NCBI GenBank assembly: GCA_013239625.1 | Contig: MU056960.1 | Location: 2,472,642-2,536,641, forward strand | Reading direction: 5' to 3' | Source: Lama guanicoe | Lineage: Eukaryota | Length of the DNA stretch: 64,000 nt | Shown: in pieces, positions 11,648 through 24,156 of the stretch | How the letters are laid out: the number at the start of each line of letters is the position of its first letter | Numbering within the stretch: position 1 is the stretch's first letter | Notes under the pieces: model-generated | What the model was told of the DNA's origin: nothing | The model's input: the letters and a program-made list of their open reading frames with translations, nothing else | The model's database searches: none | Program-made: the position numbers and the translations under genes

Positions 11648-14019
11648 TGCCTAAAATTCAAGCATTCTTCATCTTGAGACAGGGTGAAGCGGGGAAACCA
11701 GTTTGTACTTTCTTTGTGTCACTGGGTTTATATACAGGTACTGTAGCAGGTGCTCATTTCATGTAGCATTCCTATTAAATGGAATATTATAGGTAAGGAA
11801 ACCAGGAGCAGTGACTTCTGTAGAGAAAACACAGCCATTATATAGTCTGTCAAAATTGTAACTCTTGTGAAGCAAATTTCTGTAAGGCAAACTATTTTTT
11901 CATTGATGGCTATTATAAAATTGAAGGAAAAAGAGGCTGGCTGAAGATCTGCCAGATCCACCGCACAGAGGAAAGTTGAAGACTTCTAGCTGTTAACCAG
12001 CACTGGAAGTCCCCTTTAAAAATTCAGTGTTTAGGAACGCTTCCTTTCAGGGTGAGACTGCAGTGTTACCCTTCACCAGTAGGTGCCTCCATCACACCAG
12101 AGCTCCCCGCTAGAACTGGAAGCTTCAGTTTTCAGTGAAACCCTCTCTTTTTTTATCAGCTCTCAAACTGTCAACATTCTGTGTTGGAGACAGGACATGG
12201 GTACAGACACACACAGTTCCCAAACTGACTTTAGCCCTCCAGGAAAGATGAACTAACATGACATGCAGTATGTATCATTCCAAAGAACCTTGTAAATTGA
12301 TGCCTCCACTGGGAGCCTGCGGTTCCACTCGAGTATCCTCCAGTAATAGGACAGTTTATCAATAACACATACGGAGGGATATCGTAGGGTTAAAATGGAA
12401 TTCTGGGTGACTATTTTTAAAAATTGTGTGTTTATGTGCACACATGTGTGTAAATAAAACCTCTAGTGAGAGAGATCTGTAAGAAGTAGCAGTAGCCCTC
12501 TGGACCAGACTGCCTGACTGAATCCCAGCTTTCCTGCTTTTCAGTTGTGTGAACATGAATAAATTTGACATCTCTCTACTTGGTACATAATAATGGTGCC
12601 TATCCTATAGGGTTGTTGTGGAGACATGATGCATTCATAGCATTTTATAGGTTATAGGCGTAGACAGTTACAGAATAGTCTTCTGTATAGCTTGAGTCCA
12701 TTTTTATAGAAAAAATTATACAAAGATATGCATAGGCTTGGAACAAAACCTGGTGGGCTGTATGCCAAAATACGAAGTGTTTATTTCTGACTAGTGGGAT
12801 CAGCAAATTCGATTTTACCGAATGCTTTTCTATATGTAGGCTTATTTTTAAAAAAATACTGGTTTTATAAGTAGAAAATAATAATTCTACTTAAAATTAA
12901 CTCTCAAGGTTGCACCTTTGAGGCAGTGTTTAATCCTTTAAATGTAACTGCTATAAGATCTGGCCTTATGGAAGTTGGGAACCAGGAGCCAGAACTGAAG
13001 AGCTTGATATTGAATTGAGATACTGCAACTTTTGAAGTTCCCTTGTAAAGAGCAAAGTTCCCCAGGTATACTGCTGCCCTTTGCTGCAAGGCTCTGAGAA
13101 CATCTTGAAACTGCCTGTTGCTGGATTCTTTCCTCTTGCAGCTGAGCTTCAGAGCTGTGGGAGCTCAGCTGCTGTTTTACCTCTTGAGAGTCCAGTCCTG
13201 AGACACAAAACAAGTGTTTGCCTAGGTTGGCGCTACAGCTCTGCTCCTGGGCAAGTCACCTTGTTTGAGTCCATTTCCGTGGCCTCAAAAATGAAGATGT
13301 ATCTACTTTTAAGGATTATTAAGAATATTCAGATATTCAGTTTGTGGAAAATGACCAATAGTGGGCTGTGTCTGAGCCCACTGTTTCCCTCTGTGAGCCT
13401 CATTTTTTAAATGGTGATGCTAGCAACTACTTCATAAGGTTATCATGAGAATTAAATTAGGGAAAGCCTACATTTTACTGAGGATCATCTTTCAGCTGCA
13501 GGATCACAGAGCAGATGAAGGCTCCCTGTGCCAAGTGCACTCTGCTTGCTCCTAGGGAACAGCCTAGGCCATTCCTTTTCCTGGATAGGTGGGGCTGGAA
13601 GTTTCCCCATGGGCCCCCAACTCCAGAACTCTGCAGAGATGGGCCTGGAACAAAAGGCCTCTGAGGCCTCAGTCTGCACACACTGTTCTTTCAGCTGATG
13701 CTCCCACCTTTTGGAAGCCAAGGCTGCCAACTTGGCCTCTTGCAAAACACACATTCCATTCATAAGTGCGTTTGTGCATTTTTCCTCCCACACCCTTCTA
13801 GGCAGCCAATGCAAAGCTGCCAAGGCAGCTGCTGAAGCAGCTTCTCATTTGGGAGAAAAGAGCAACTCAAAGGTTTTTCACAGAAAACTTGGTATAGGCT
13901 TTCAATATACTACTACCTAACTTTCTGGCCGCCTCGCTCATAGTGGGGTTGTTTGGGACACTCGGCCATGTTTGTTTTCATTTCCTTTTGTCCCCCCTTT
14001 TGTAGTCTCTTCCCTATTA

Positions 14020-14990
14020 CAAAGGAAACCCATTAATGGCAACTTAAAATCCAGAAGAGTGACAATCACATCTAATCCCACTACTCAGAGGCAATGACAA
14101 CCACTACTTTACAATCTTCTGTCATACTTTTTCCATTATTCAAAAGCAGTTCTTAATAGCCGCATTAATATTCCAACATGTTGATGTATGCCATGATTTC
14201 TAAAACAGTCCCCTGTTGCTGACACTGAATTTGTTCCCAAATGATACTGCTAAATCATAATCCTTGCACATCTTTGAAAGATAATATTTCTTGAGGAAAA
14301 TTTTCTAGAAGTGAAGTTAGTAGGCTAAAGAATATGAACACTTTAAGTTTTTTTAATTCCAGGAAAGTTTTTACCTTGTGTTTGCTAGCATCAATTTGTT
14401 TCAAATCTTGGTCAATTTGATAGGTTAAAAAAGTTCTTCATTATACGTTTAATTTGAATACCTTTTAGATTGACATTTTTTCCAGAAGATTTTTGACCAG
14501 TTGTTTTTCTTTAATGAGTTGTCCATATCTTTTGCCCATGTTTCTGTTATTTTTCCACACTGAATTTTTAAGGTCTCCTAATGAATTATAGTGTCCATTT
14601 GTCAATTATTGCAAAAATGTGTTTAATTTTTTAAGGTAAGTTTTAGTCTGTTCTTGTCTTTCATGATTTCTGTTTGCTTTTATGCTTAGAAAGTCTTGAC
14701 TGATTCAGAGATCAATATCCATTGATTATATATATGTTATTTATATATTATATACATTACATATATATGTGATTTAATTTTTATACTTATGCCTTTATTC
14801 CTCCTGAAATTTACTTTGGCACATGATAGCTTTCCCCCAAATATTTATATTTTACCCAGTTGTACCTTTACTACCCAATAAAGGAGGCTGCATCATTTAT
14901 TGTGTAAGCCAGTGTGTACAAGAGCCTGTGTCTCAGTGTTCTTCTGTTTTGTCTTACACTAGTACCATATTATTTTGTAGCTCTATATTG
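14020..14990 (-). mobile_element. Degenerate L1ME-type fragment
   Basis: atcacatctaatcccactactcagag, ttctagaagtgaagttagtagg, ttttatgcttagaaagtc motifs. Confidence 0.65.
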
Positions 14991-16859
14991 TAATAAACCA
15001 GCAATTTGAGCAGCACCACCCCAGATAAACACTGAGCCCACAGAGTCTTCATCAGCATGGATTACAGAACGCTATACAGAGTCCGATGCTCTGCTGCCGG
15101 CTGCACTGCTGCCATGTTCCACTCAGGCTTTCTCAGCACCCCTAAGGTAAGAAGAGTACCAGGGCTGGAAAGTTACAGAGGAAGAATGGTAAACCCAGGT
15201 AGGAGTCTTAGGGCTTTCAGAAGACAGGGCATCCTAACAAGTCATAGCAAAGGAAGGAAAGTGGCGGGGTTTAGGCTGGCTCACTTGCCTTAACTTCCCA
15301 GGCAACTTAACTTCGCTTCTGGACCCTGATCAAAGTCACAATCCAGAGCTAGAGAATGGCTTCCAAAGCGAACCCAGCCGTGTGCACCAGCAGCTGGGCT
15401 TGAGAGGAGGGAAGAGGCCAGTGCTGAGGTGACTCTGGACCGTCAGTACTACCTTCAGGATACCATTCTTGCTAGAAAAAGTCCACTCCACATACAGGTA
15501 CACTTACTTGGTAATTGTGTGTTAGTCGCTTATCCCTTACCTGATCAGAAATTGGATGTTAGCCATACAGCACCATGACAACACTTTGAAAAGCTCCATG
15601 CCCTATACAAGCACCCAAATGGATAATCTCCTCTTTATTATTCCCCACACTTCTATTTGTTAAGGCCCTGGCTGGGCTAAATAACTCAGAAGAGCCAAAG
15701 AAGACATAAGCCCAAGAGCCAGTTGGAAAAATAAGCATGTGCTTTAGAGGTAGACTTTTTAAGTGAGAAAAAGTCACCCCTCGCTTCCCTTCTAGCCTCT
15801 GTCTGATGCTGGCCTTGGTAATAAAGGAGGAAGAGAAAAGAGAAAATTCCAGGTCATTGAGGACACCATATAACCCTCTCCTGGCTAGCAAGAGGATGTG
15901 GTCGTTACTCCTAAGTCCTTTCCAACTGTTGAGAAAAATAAAAGCATATCTAATGCCACCACTGTACTTGGTATTTTTAGGAGATACCAACATGAGGCTG
16001 GCAATTCCTGGGAAGGCCATCAGGGCCTCCATTAAAGTGAGTAAGATGGCTAGCCAATAGCTTTCCTGAGTACGAGTAATAACTAGACAGAAAATACAAT
16101 GAAAGGAAGCTAAGGGTCATAAGTGGTCGACCACAGTCAGACTCCTAGAATGTGAAAGCCAGATGGAGCCATCAGAGGTCATGTTAGTCTAAGGCCCCCA
16201 ATTCCCCTAATTTGGCACTGAGGGAAGTTGAGCCCCCAAGAGGGGCAGTGACTTGGGAGAGGTCATGTCTGACCATGCCAACCCCCCTCCTAACCCTGGA
16301 TTCCTTTCATTACTCACCAACATCCTTTTGGAAACCTTAAACTTATGTCTCAGGTGTTTTAAAAATTATAGACGTTGTTTTAAGTCCTAACACTGATAGA
16401 AGTAAGTCTCTTGATTTTACAGATCAATTTCACTAACTTGCCAAAGATCACAGAGCAGTGGCCCTTGACAGTTTCAGCTTATCTCCTTTGCCTTAATCAC
16501 TGCCAGCCTTCAGGAGCCATCCATTTAGCACAGTGTTCTAATTCACTTTTTATTCCTCTTGGGATTCCCACGTCAGTTGCCACGGTAAGACTGTTTAGGT
16601 AGTGGCCCTGTGAAGCTCATTCGCTTTTTGCCTACAAATATTGGGACTCTGAAGGCGATTAAACTTGGTGATGGGAAGTGGGAGGTTAGCATACATGTTT
16701 GTAGTCTGGGGATCCTGTACTATCTGGATAATTTTCTAAAGCATAGGATTTGCCATCCTATATGTTGGAAGAGGCTCCCAGTGGGTAAATCTCACCCCAG
16801 CAGGAAGTCACTATTTTGTTTTTGTTTTTTGCAGAATTGTCAGTAGTCAAGTAAACAAA

Positions 16860-16865
16860 TTTATT
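16860..16865 (-). terminator. Candidate distal poly(A) signal of DCUN1D3
   Basis: tttatt on + (AATAAA on -), preceded on - by U-rich sequence with UGUA/UUUGU elements. Confidence 0.65.
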
Positions 16866-19808
16866 AAATCCAACAGCAGGTTACCTTCCAAATAAAAAAA
16901 AAATGTAGACAGACAAAAATGTAACAAGTTAAATAAAATATTGAAGGGGCCACCTGGAGAGTGCAACAGTGCACAGAATACAAATCAAAGTATTAACTTG
17001 TCAAGTTTGTACAACTTCAAGAAACAGACACACTGGTCACAAACTAAGAGAAATCACAAAGGTGGAAGGTCGTATGAGTAGTGGACTCATCACCTCAGCG
17101 GGTTAAGGCAGGGTACCTATAGGACCAACTTATCCAAGCCCCATTTGCCTATTGCTTCAAATTCCCCCTTTGAAACTTAGAATCATATTCATTAGTGCAA
17201 CAGGTTAAGAGCAACTAGTCACAGACTCAGGAGGCTGGGAACCAGGGTCAGAGGGAAGACATTTCTCCCAGAATAAACGTGTTGGTGGGGGGAACCACAG
17301 CAGCTGTTGAATGGCTTCCTTTGGTAACATCCAAGATTTGTGTTGAAAGTAGTAGGGAGGAAAGGTGGGTGGTCGAAGAGCAGGCTGTTTCCAAGCAGAA
17401 CAGGGAGGGTGTGATGCCCCAGCACCTGAATCAGAAGCAGAATCTGGTGGGTACTCAGCCATCTGAACCAACCTTGCTTCTGCAACCAGAACTCAAGCAT
17501 CAATTTTGTCTTTCAATGAGGAAACACATCTGCAGATCCTGAGTCGAGGTTAAACTGGATATATGCTATATAATTACTGCTTAGCAAAGGAATAAACTCT
17601 AAAGGGGGAGTGGGTGGGAACTCCCTCTGATTCAGAAAACTAGAGTAAGAGGAAGGGCAACATCACATGTTTTCAAATGACCCCCAATTAACATTTACTG
17701 ACTGAACAGTGCTTTCAGTCCATCTCATTTAAACAAGATACTGCTGGAGTCCCCCAAGGAAGACCTTTGTCAGTTACCAAGATGTTCAGGTGGTCACTAA
17801 GCATGAGACAAAAGAAAAATGACAAAACAGGCAATTATAAGAAAACAAACCTAGCAGCAGCTTCCTTCCAGCCCTCACCTTGTAATTGTGTAACTGGGTC
17901 TACCTTTGGGTTTCACTGCAGTGAAGACTTGACTTAAAATGCGGCAAACCGAACATAGTCCTAAATACAGATCTTCTGTTTTGGTTTTTAAACTTTTCTA
18001 CCAGGTCCTTAGCCCAGGAATTTCCCACCACTGCTTATACAGTCTGGCACAGTACAGCATAGTATATACAAGGCCATCACAAGAACTCTGGAGCCCCACG
18101 CCTGGCGGGCTCCTGCACTCAGGACTGCATTTTGGCACCAGTCCCTGGGAGATACAGTTTCAAAGACCAGCTAATACTGTGTGGCTATCTTCTTTCCAAG
18201 AAGGCTAGTTTGCACTTTTCCTTAGGGAAGTTTAATTTTGAAAACACTGCCTGGTACATTTTCAGTTGATTTCCTTGGGCCTGGAGGCTTGGTTAAAATT
18301 TGGATCTTGACCTGGCTCTAGATTTTTCTTATCAGAAGGGTAGAAATGGCATCTTGGACCCAGCCCATACATGTGGGCACATCTGGCAGGGAGAACTCCT
18401 GAGGCAACCGGCTGACACATAGCAAAATGTCATTATAGGAGGTGGGGTTAAGAACAATACATTCAAATTTGGCAGGGGTTGGGGAAGAGCAATCCGGTGG
18501 AGCACACCTCATCTCATATAGCTTTCTAATCGCTAAAGAAACACAGAAGCTCACACACGAAGCCATTTGCCAAAATCCAAGCAATTTCCCAACATTGTTT
18601 TAGTCACTCTCAGCTATTTGCCTATTTTTAAAATGACATCCACATCCTGCCCCTCTCCACACCACCACACCACCCTGGTGTCACGTTGTTAAAGTGAAGG
18701 GTGCACTGGCTTACCTGAGAGGCAGGCATTTGGCCTCTCCCACACAATTACTGCTCACTCATTAAGCAACAAAGCTATGCCTAGGAGAAGAGGAACAGGG
18801 ACCTTCCATTTCCCAGAAGTGTATCTCCAAATCCTACACACCCCCACCTTGGACCTCTCTGCAGAAAAACCGCTTTTCCTACGGTCATGAGAAAGTCAGG
18901 CACTGGCCCAGGTGACTGCAAAAGCTTGAATTCCTTGCCTCAAGGGCTCAAACCTGGAAGGGAAAGTAAGTCCTTCCCTGACCATTCCTTTTCTGGCTTC
19001 TCATCTGCACTTTTGTAACAAACATTAAAAATATAACCAAAAGTAATTTTTTAAATGGCTCTTTCATGGGGTTGGGGAAGCTGAATAGTTGAATTTTTTT
19101 AAAAACAATCCACCAATTACAGCACACTTAATGCGTGGATCGCCCTCTTACAGGCTGGGGAAGGACTCCAGGTCCTCCAGAGTCCTCAAGACACTCAATG
19201 TTTACCTCTTTTGTACCCTTTTCTCCATACCTGGCTAGGAGCAGCCTACCTTTACCCTTCCAGTAGTGGGAAAAACTGGGGGCTGCAGACTGGCTGGATG
19301 AGAAGACGGCCTTGTGAACACCTCAGTCTAGGCACCCTGACTATAGCTGAGCCCACAGACCCTGCTGGGACCCCTAGAAATTCTTTATACGAGGATCCTG
19401 TGTCTTAGGCTAGAACAAGGCCAGACATCTGGCCCGAGACCCTCATCCCCTTTCCAGCAGTATCACTGATCCACACTGGCTGATTTTAAAGTTTCCCATC
19501 CACCCCTCTAAAGAGGCAAGTGTCAGGGCTGGGATTCAAAAAAAAAAAAGTCAAACTTCAAGTGCGTTCTTTATGTCAATGCCAATTTTAGGAAAACATC
19601 AACTGCAGAAACTCCTTAAATCATCTTTGTAAAGATGGGAGCCTGAAGCCGTAAGGCTACTAAATAAAGGGACTCAAAACAAGCAATTCCTGCCCAGGCT
19701 GAGAGACATGTACCTGGGCAGGCGATGGGGGAAGTCAGGGGGGAAAACTCCAGATGTTTAATAGACAAACTCTCATTACCTCAAGAGTATAAATATTTTT
19801 GTAAGTTT

Positions 19809-19814
19809 TTTATT
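19809..19814 (-). terminator. Candidate proximal poly(A) signal of DCUN1D3
   Basis: tttatt on + (AATAAA on -), ~1.7 kb past the stop codon. Confidence 0.55.
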
Positions 19815-20923
19815 TAAAAGATTCCCTTTTCAATCTGTTCCAAAGTGTTGGAAGCTGACCTGTACAAGTTCCTGCCACCCACCCTGCCAGTATAGTTTTA
19901 TGAGGACATTTTTTTTTTTAATGGAAAAATAACAAGAGGACCCTCTACTGAAACCAGGTAGGACCAGTCAGCTCCTGTGTGGCAGCCTGGCCCAAGCTGG
20001 CCTCAGGGAGCGAGCACGCGGGAGTCTGGGGGGACGGGACTCCCTCTTGGGAGGAAAGGGCTGAGAAAGTTCACCTCCTCTTTAGTGAAAATGGTCCAAA
20101 TTCAGACTGAAAAACCTCCACTATGATGTTCCCTGGCATTCTTCTTATACTTTATATATTGAAGGCAGCTCCCTTTTATAGCCAGTTTTAGCAGGTAGAG
20201 AAACAAAGGAATCCAGATACATATATGTGTATATATATATTTTATATAGGTAAAATATATACATATCTTATATATGTATACACACATATTTAGGGGTAAG
20301 GGAAGAGGGCCGTGTAAACCTAAACAGTCATCACATTACCCCAAATGAGCCTGACATTTACAAAGAAGATAATAAATAACTTTTGGGGCTTAAGTGACAA
20401 CGTGGGTGCAGCAAGAAGGGAAAGGGCACACGTTTAGCTATTAAATACACTTCTGTATTTGTTTGGCAGAGTTCAGGCCAGCCTCAGGCTTCTGCACTTG
20501 CCAGACAAGTAAGCTGATGATACTCAAAAAAATTAAAAAAAAAGAATTCAAGCAGAGCTCCATACCACAGTTTTCCTTCAAGTCAGTTGGCCGGCAGGCA
20601 CAGTTTTCCGACCACCAGGAACAGAAACTTTGGCTCCAAGGCAAATGAAAAAAAAAAAAAAGTATTTCCACTTACAACATGAAAATACATAAACTTCGTC
20701 AAAGAAAACTATCAAAGTCTACTTCCAGCAAAACTGAGGTAGCACTGCTTTCTCTGCATTCAATGCTTTAAGTGGTTTCTCAGTACAACGTGATCGAAAA
20801 AACTGCTCACTTGACTGACAGGTGCAGCATGTTGATGGATAAACTCAACATGAAATGAAATAGGTCAAAGGAGGAATGAGCAAGAAGTGGGGGAAATAAG
20901 GGTTTCAGATAAATTAGCTTAAA

Positions 20924-21133
20924 NNNNNNNNNNNNNNNNNNNNNNNNNNNNNNNNNNNNNNNNNNNNNNNNNNNNNNNNNNNNNNNNNNNNNNNNNNNNN
21001 NNNNNNNNNNNNNNNNNNNNNNNNNNNNNNNNNNNNNNNNNNNNNNNNNNNNNNNNNNNNNNNNNNNNNNNNNNNNNNNNNNNNNNNNNNNNNNNNNNNN
21101 NNNNNNNNNNNNNNNNNNNNNNNNNNNNNNNNN
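20924..21133. other. Assembly gap (210 N) in the DCUN1D3 3'UTR
   Basis: N run. Confidence 1.
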
Positions 21134-21536
21134 ACTGAGATCTGGCACTGTATCATTTTGTAATGATAATTCAACCTAACTGTCCCATTCCCCCTCCCTG
21201 CCCTACACCCTCCCCGACCCCCCCCAAAAAACTTAATTTGTGCAAGAAATGGCAGGCTTATTCTATCTGAAGGCTTAAAAAAAAAAAAAACACAACATGT
21301 AACCAGGTTCAAATATTTTGGGGGAACCCCCCCAAAAAAGGAATAACCAAAATAACCAAAAAGTGAAGAAAGTGCCTAAAACATGATACAGCATTTTAGA
21401 GCCCTTTCAGATACAAGGCAGAGAAAGGTGTAAAGTAGAAAATATCCGATCTTCAGTAATTTCCAGAAAGGTCCGATTCCTCGGTGGGCTGCAGGGCAGC
21501 GGGCAGGTCCTCGCTGCTGCCCCTGAGACAGAGCCA

Positions 21537-22020
21537 CTAAGTCTGCTCCTCGGGACACAAGCCCTCGGGCCCTGAGCTGAGTGCGCCTCTCCCTTCCCCT
21601 TCTCTTTTCCTTCGTTCCATTTCCCACTCCACAAAGGTGTCAAAGAGACTTGGCCAGGCCTCATCTTCGCTGTAGTTGCTGAGGTCGGGGCCAATCACCT
21701 GAGTGAAGTTAAGGAACATGTTCCAAGTGTCCCTGGAGATGCCTTTGATCCCCGAGGGGTTCTCTGTTAGGAAGTTTAGCCACTGGTCCAATACCGGAGG
21801 ACTGTTCTGGGTAAAGACTAGTTTCCACAGGGCAATGGCTATTTCCCGATGCAGTGACCGCTGCCCTTCTTCAGAGTCCAGGCCGAACTGAAATGTAAAC
21901 CTGTAGAGATCCTTGAATTTATCCTCTTGTTTGGCTTCTGTTAAGAGGCTGGGGAACCGGGCACAGATCCCATCAATGCTGTCTGCACTTATTGCTTTGC
22001 AGCCATCAAAAAACTCCTTC
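21537..22020 (-). CDS. DCUN1D3: DCUN1D3 last coding exon (PONY/DCUN1 cullin-binding domain, DAD patch DEAWPSLFD)
   Basis: On -, cctgttgcag|G AAG GAG acceptor; 484 nt to TAG. The peptide KEFFDGCKAISADS...CPEEQT matches DCNL3. Confidence 0.97.
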
Positions 22021-22069
22021 CTGCAACAGGAAGGAGGGGGCACAATTAGTAACTGTAAACGCTATCATT

Positions 22070-22297
22070 TAGCGAGACGCAGTACAGAATTGTAATTAAG
22101 AGCGCGGCCGCGAGGCTGGGTGGCCTGGATTTGAACTCCGGCCCCTCCGCTGACGGTAGGCCTATTTCTCCATCTGTCACACGGTGGGGGTGCCACCTTA
22201 TTTCACAGGGCTTTGGTGAGGACTAAGCAAGTCAGCACGTCAACTGCTTCTGACGGTGCCTGGCACGTGGTAGGCGGCTGACAATGGTTCGTCTATT
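22070..22297 (+). mobile_element. MIR SINE, unusually CpG-rich, in DCUN1D3 intron 2
   Basis: taattaagagc...cctggatttgaactccggc...tttctccatctgt...ggtgaggactaag...gtgcctggcacgtggtagg. Confidence 0.8.
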
Positions 22298-22544
22298 CAT
22301 CTTTCCAAAGCACAGCTCAAGGCTCCTGCTCGGTGGCCCGTTTCCCATTCTGCGACAGTGATTAAGCCGCAGACTCTCCTCCCAGACAGGGAGTCTTTCT
22401 GTTTTCCATTTGATTCTCTACAAGGTGTTTGCTTTTGGAATATTTTTGGTGACTGCCAAGGGAAGCTTTCGGAGCCAAAGACTCTGGATGAACCTGGGTA
22501 ACTGCCACCAGAGATCAAAGTTCTGTTGCTAAAAAACAAAAATT

Positions 22545-22912
22545 GTGTGTCGGGGGAACTTGTACACAAGTGTTCACAGCATTGTTCTGCATAATAGCAA
22601 AAGTGAAAACAACTCAAATATTCATCAACTGATAAATGGATAAACCAAATGTGGCGTATCTGTCTAACGGACACTGACCATAAAAAGAGGGAAGTACTGA
22701 TACATGTTCCAAGACGGATGACGCTTACAAGCCAAGTGAAAGAAGCCAGTCGCTAGAGACCACATGTCGCATGCTTCCATTTCGTCAACTGTCCAGAATA
22801 GGCTAAGCCACAAAGATCAAAAGTAGCTGAGTGGTTGTCAGGGCCTGGGGGAAGGGAGAAGTGGGGAGTGACTGTTAATAAGTATGGAGTTTCCTTCTGG
22901 TGATAAAAATGT
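22545..22912 (+). mobile_element. L1MB-like 3' fragment
   Basis: catcaactgataaatggataaaccaaatgtgg...gaagtactgatacatg...aagtgaaagaagccagtc...gtggttgtcagggcctgggg. Confidence 0.85.
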
Positions 22913-23592
22913 CGATCACCTCCTCAGAGACTGCTGGTTCTGCTAAAACAGAACGTCTGAGGTGTGTCCGGTAACCTATCCCGGGGCTAGACATTATACT
23001 GAGGGGTTCTCAAAGTCAGTTCTTCCTACTTATAATCCAGTGTCTGCAAACCACACCTGGGGGTGACCCTGCCATGTTGTCTCCCAAACACATCCTCCAC
23101 AGGGACGCGTGACCATAACAATGTACACAACTACTGCCTGACAACCGGGGCCAGCTGGCCCTGCCGGCACATACGCTGGCCAAGGGTAATGTGTGGACAC
23201 CGAGACGGGGCACCTGGGCTCACACAGGCACAGAGGCACGTCCCCAGTGGCACTCACCATACCGGCACTCACGGTGCCTGACGCGTGACGGGTGTACAGC
23301 AAGTATCAAGTGAGTGAGGAAGTGAGTGAACTGACAAGCAAAGGACTCAAGGAAGAGACAAAAGTCTGAAACAGCAGTGGGGCAGGGTGGCAGCTTGGTA
23401 ACACGGATTACTCCTCATTTAACTTTCAGGCAAAGATGGCTGGTGGGTGCCCAGTTTTTCAGCGGCTAAACAGCTTTAGAGAAAGTGGTCAGAAAAAGAA
23501 ATTAAGACTCACCCCAAACCCTTGAAGCCAACCCACTTCTACCCTAGCCGGGCACCACCACCCAATGGTGCTCTCCTTCCTCCTCTGCTCAC

Positions 23593-24051
23593 CTGGTANN
23601 NNNNNNNNNNNNNNNNNNNNNNNNNNNNNNNNNNNNNNNNNNNNNNNNNNNNNNNNNNNNNNNNNNNNNNNNNNNNNNNNNNNNNNNNNNNNNNNNNNNN
23701 NNNNNNNNNNNNNNNNNNNNNNNNNNNNNNNNNNNNNNNNNNNNNNNNNNNNNNNNTATAGCGCCTGAACAGCTCCTCCAACCTCTGCAAGGAAGACTCT
23801 TCGGCATTCGACTTGGGCTCTCTCCCAGCGTCTCCCGAGGATGTTGGCAGCTGGCAGGCCTCGGTAGCAGCCTCTGCCTTCTTGGTCCCGTTGACGAGGA
23901 TATCCCCACCTGGCTTGCCACAGGTTGGCAGCTGTTCCTCACGGTGGCCTGCACCCCGCCTGCTGTGTGACTTGCTGCTGGGGTCACGGTCTCCATTCTT
24001 GCTACCCAGAGTTGATGATGGATTCTTGCATTTGGTGACACACTGGCCCAT
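23593..24051 (-). CDS. DCUN1D3: DCUN1D3 first coding exon (MGQCVTKC... N-myristoylation motif); 158 N inside
   Basis: ATG at 24051 in good context (atcATGg), with 98 codons readable up to the gap. The donor ACCAG|gtgagc at 23593 gives AG|G = Arg with the next exon. Confidence 0.95.
23599..23756. other. Assembly gap (158 N) in the DCUN1D3 CDS
   Basis: N run. Confidence 1.
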
Positions 24052-24156
24052 GATGCTGGTGACCTGGCCTCTAGAGTGGCCCCCTCTGGATCGGATGCCC
24101 TCGTTGCCACTGGCCCGTGTGCCTCAACATGCCATCAGCCAGAGGAGCCAGCCAAC
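24052..24156 (-). other. DCUN1D3: DCUN1D3 5'UTR part of exon 2 (105 nt) containing two uORFs
   Basis: On -, atttccttccag|GTTGGC acceptor at 24157/24156; upstream ATGs at 24135 and 24130. Confidence 0.85.

Larger units (their letters stand above)
16845..21536 (-). other. DCUN1D3: DCUN1D3 3'UTR (long form ~4.7 kb)
   Basis: Repeat-poor stretch running from the stop codon to an AATAAA on - at 16865-16860. Confidence 0.7.

Noticed and set aside
15559-16032. 157-aa ORF on - in the intergenic region
   Set aside because: Non-ATG start, no recognisable domain or splice context; consistent with a chance ORF.
20807-21312. ORFs spanning N runs (also at 51968-52657)
   Set aside because: Artefacts of assembly gaps.
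23589-24110. 173-aa alternative-frame ORF overlapping DCUN1D3 exon 2
   Set aside because: GTG start, inflated by the N gap, and explained as a shadow frame of a GC-rich CDS.
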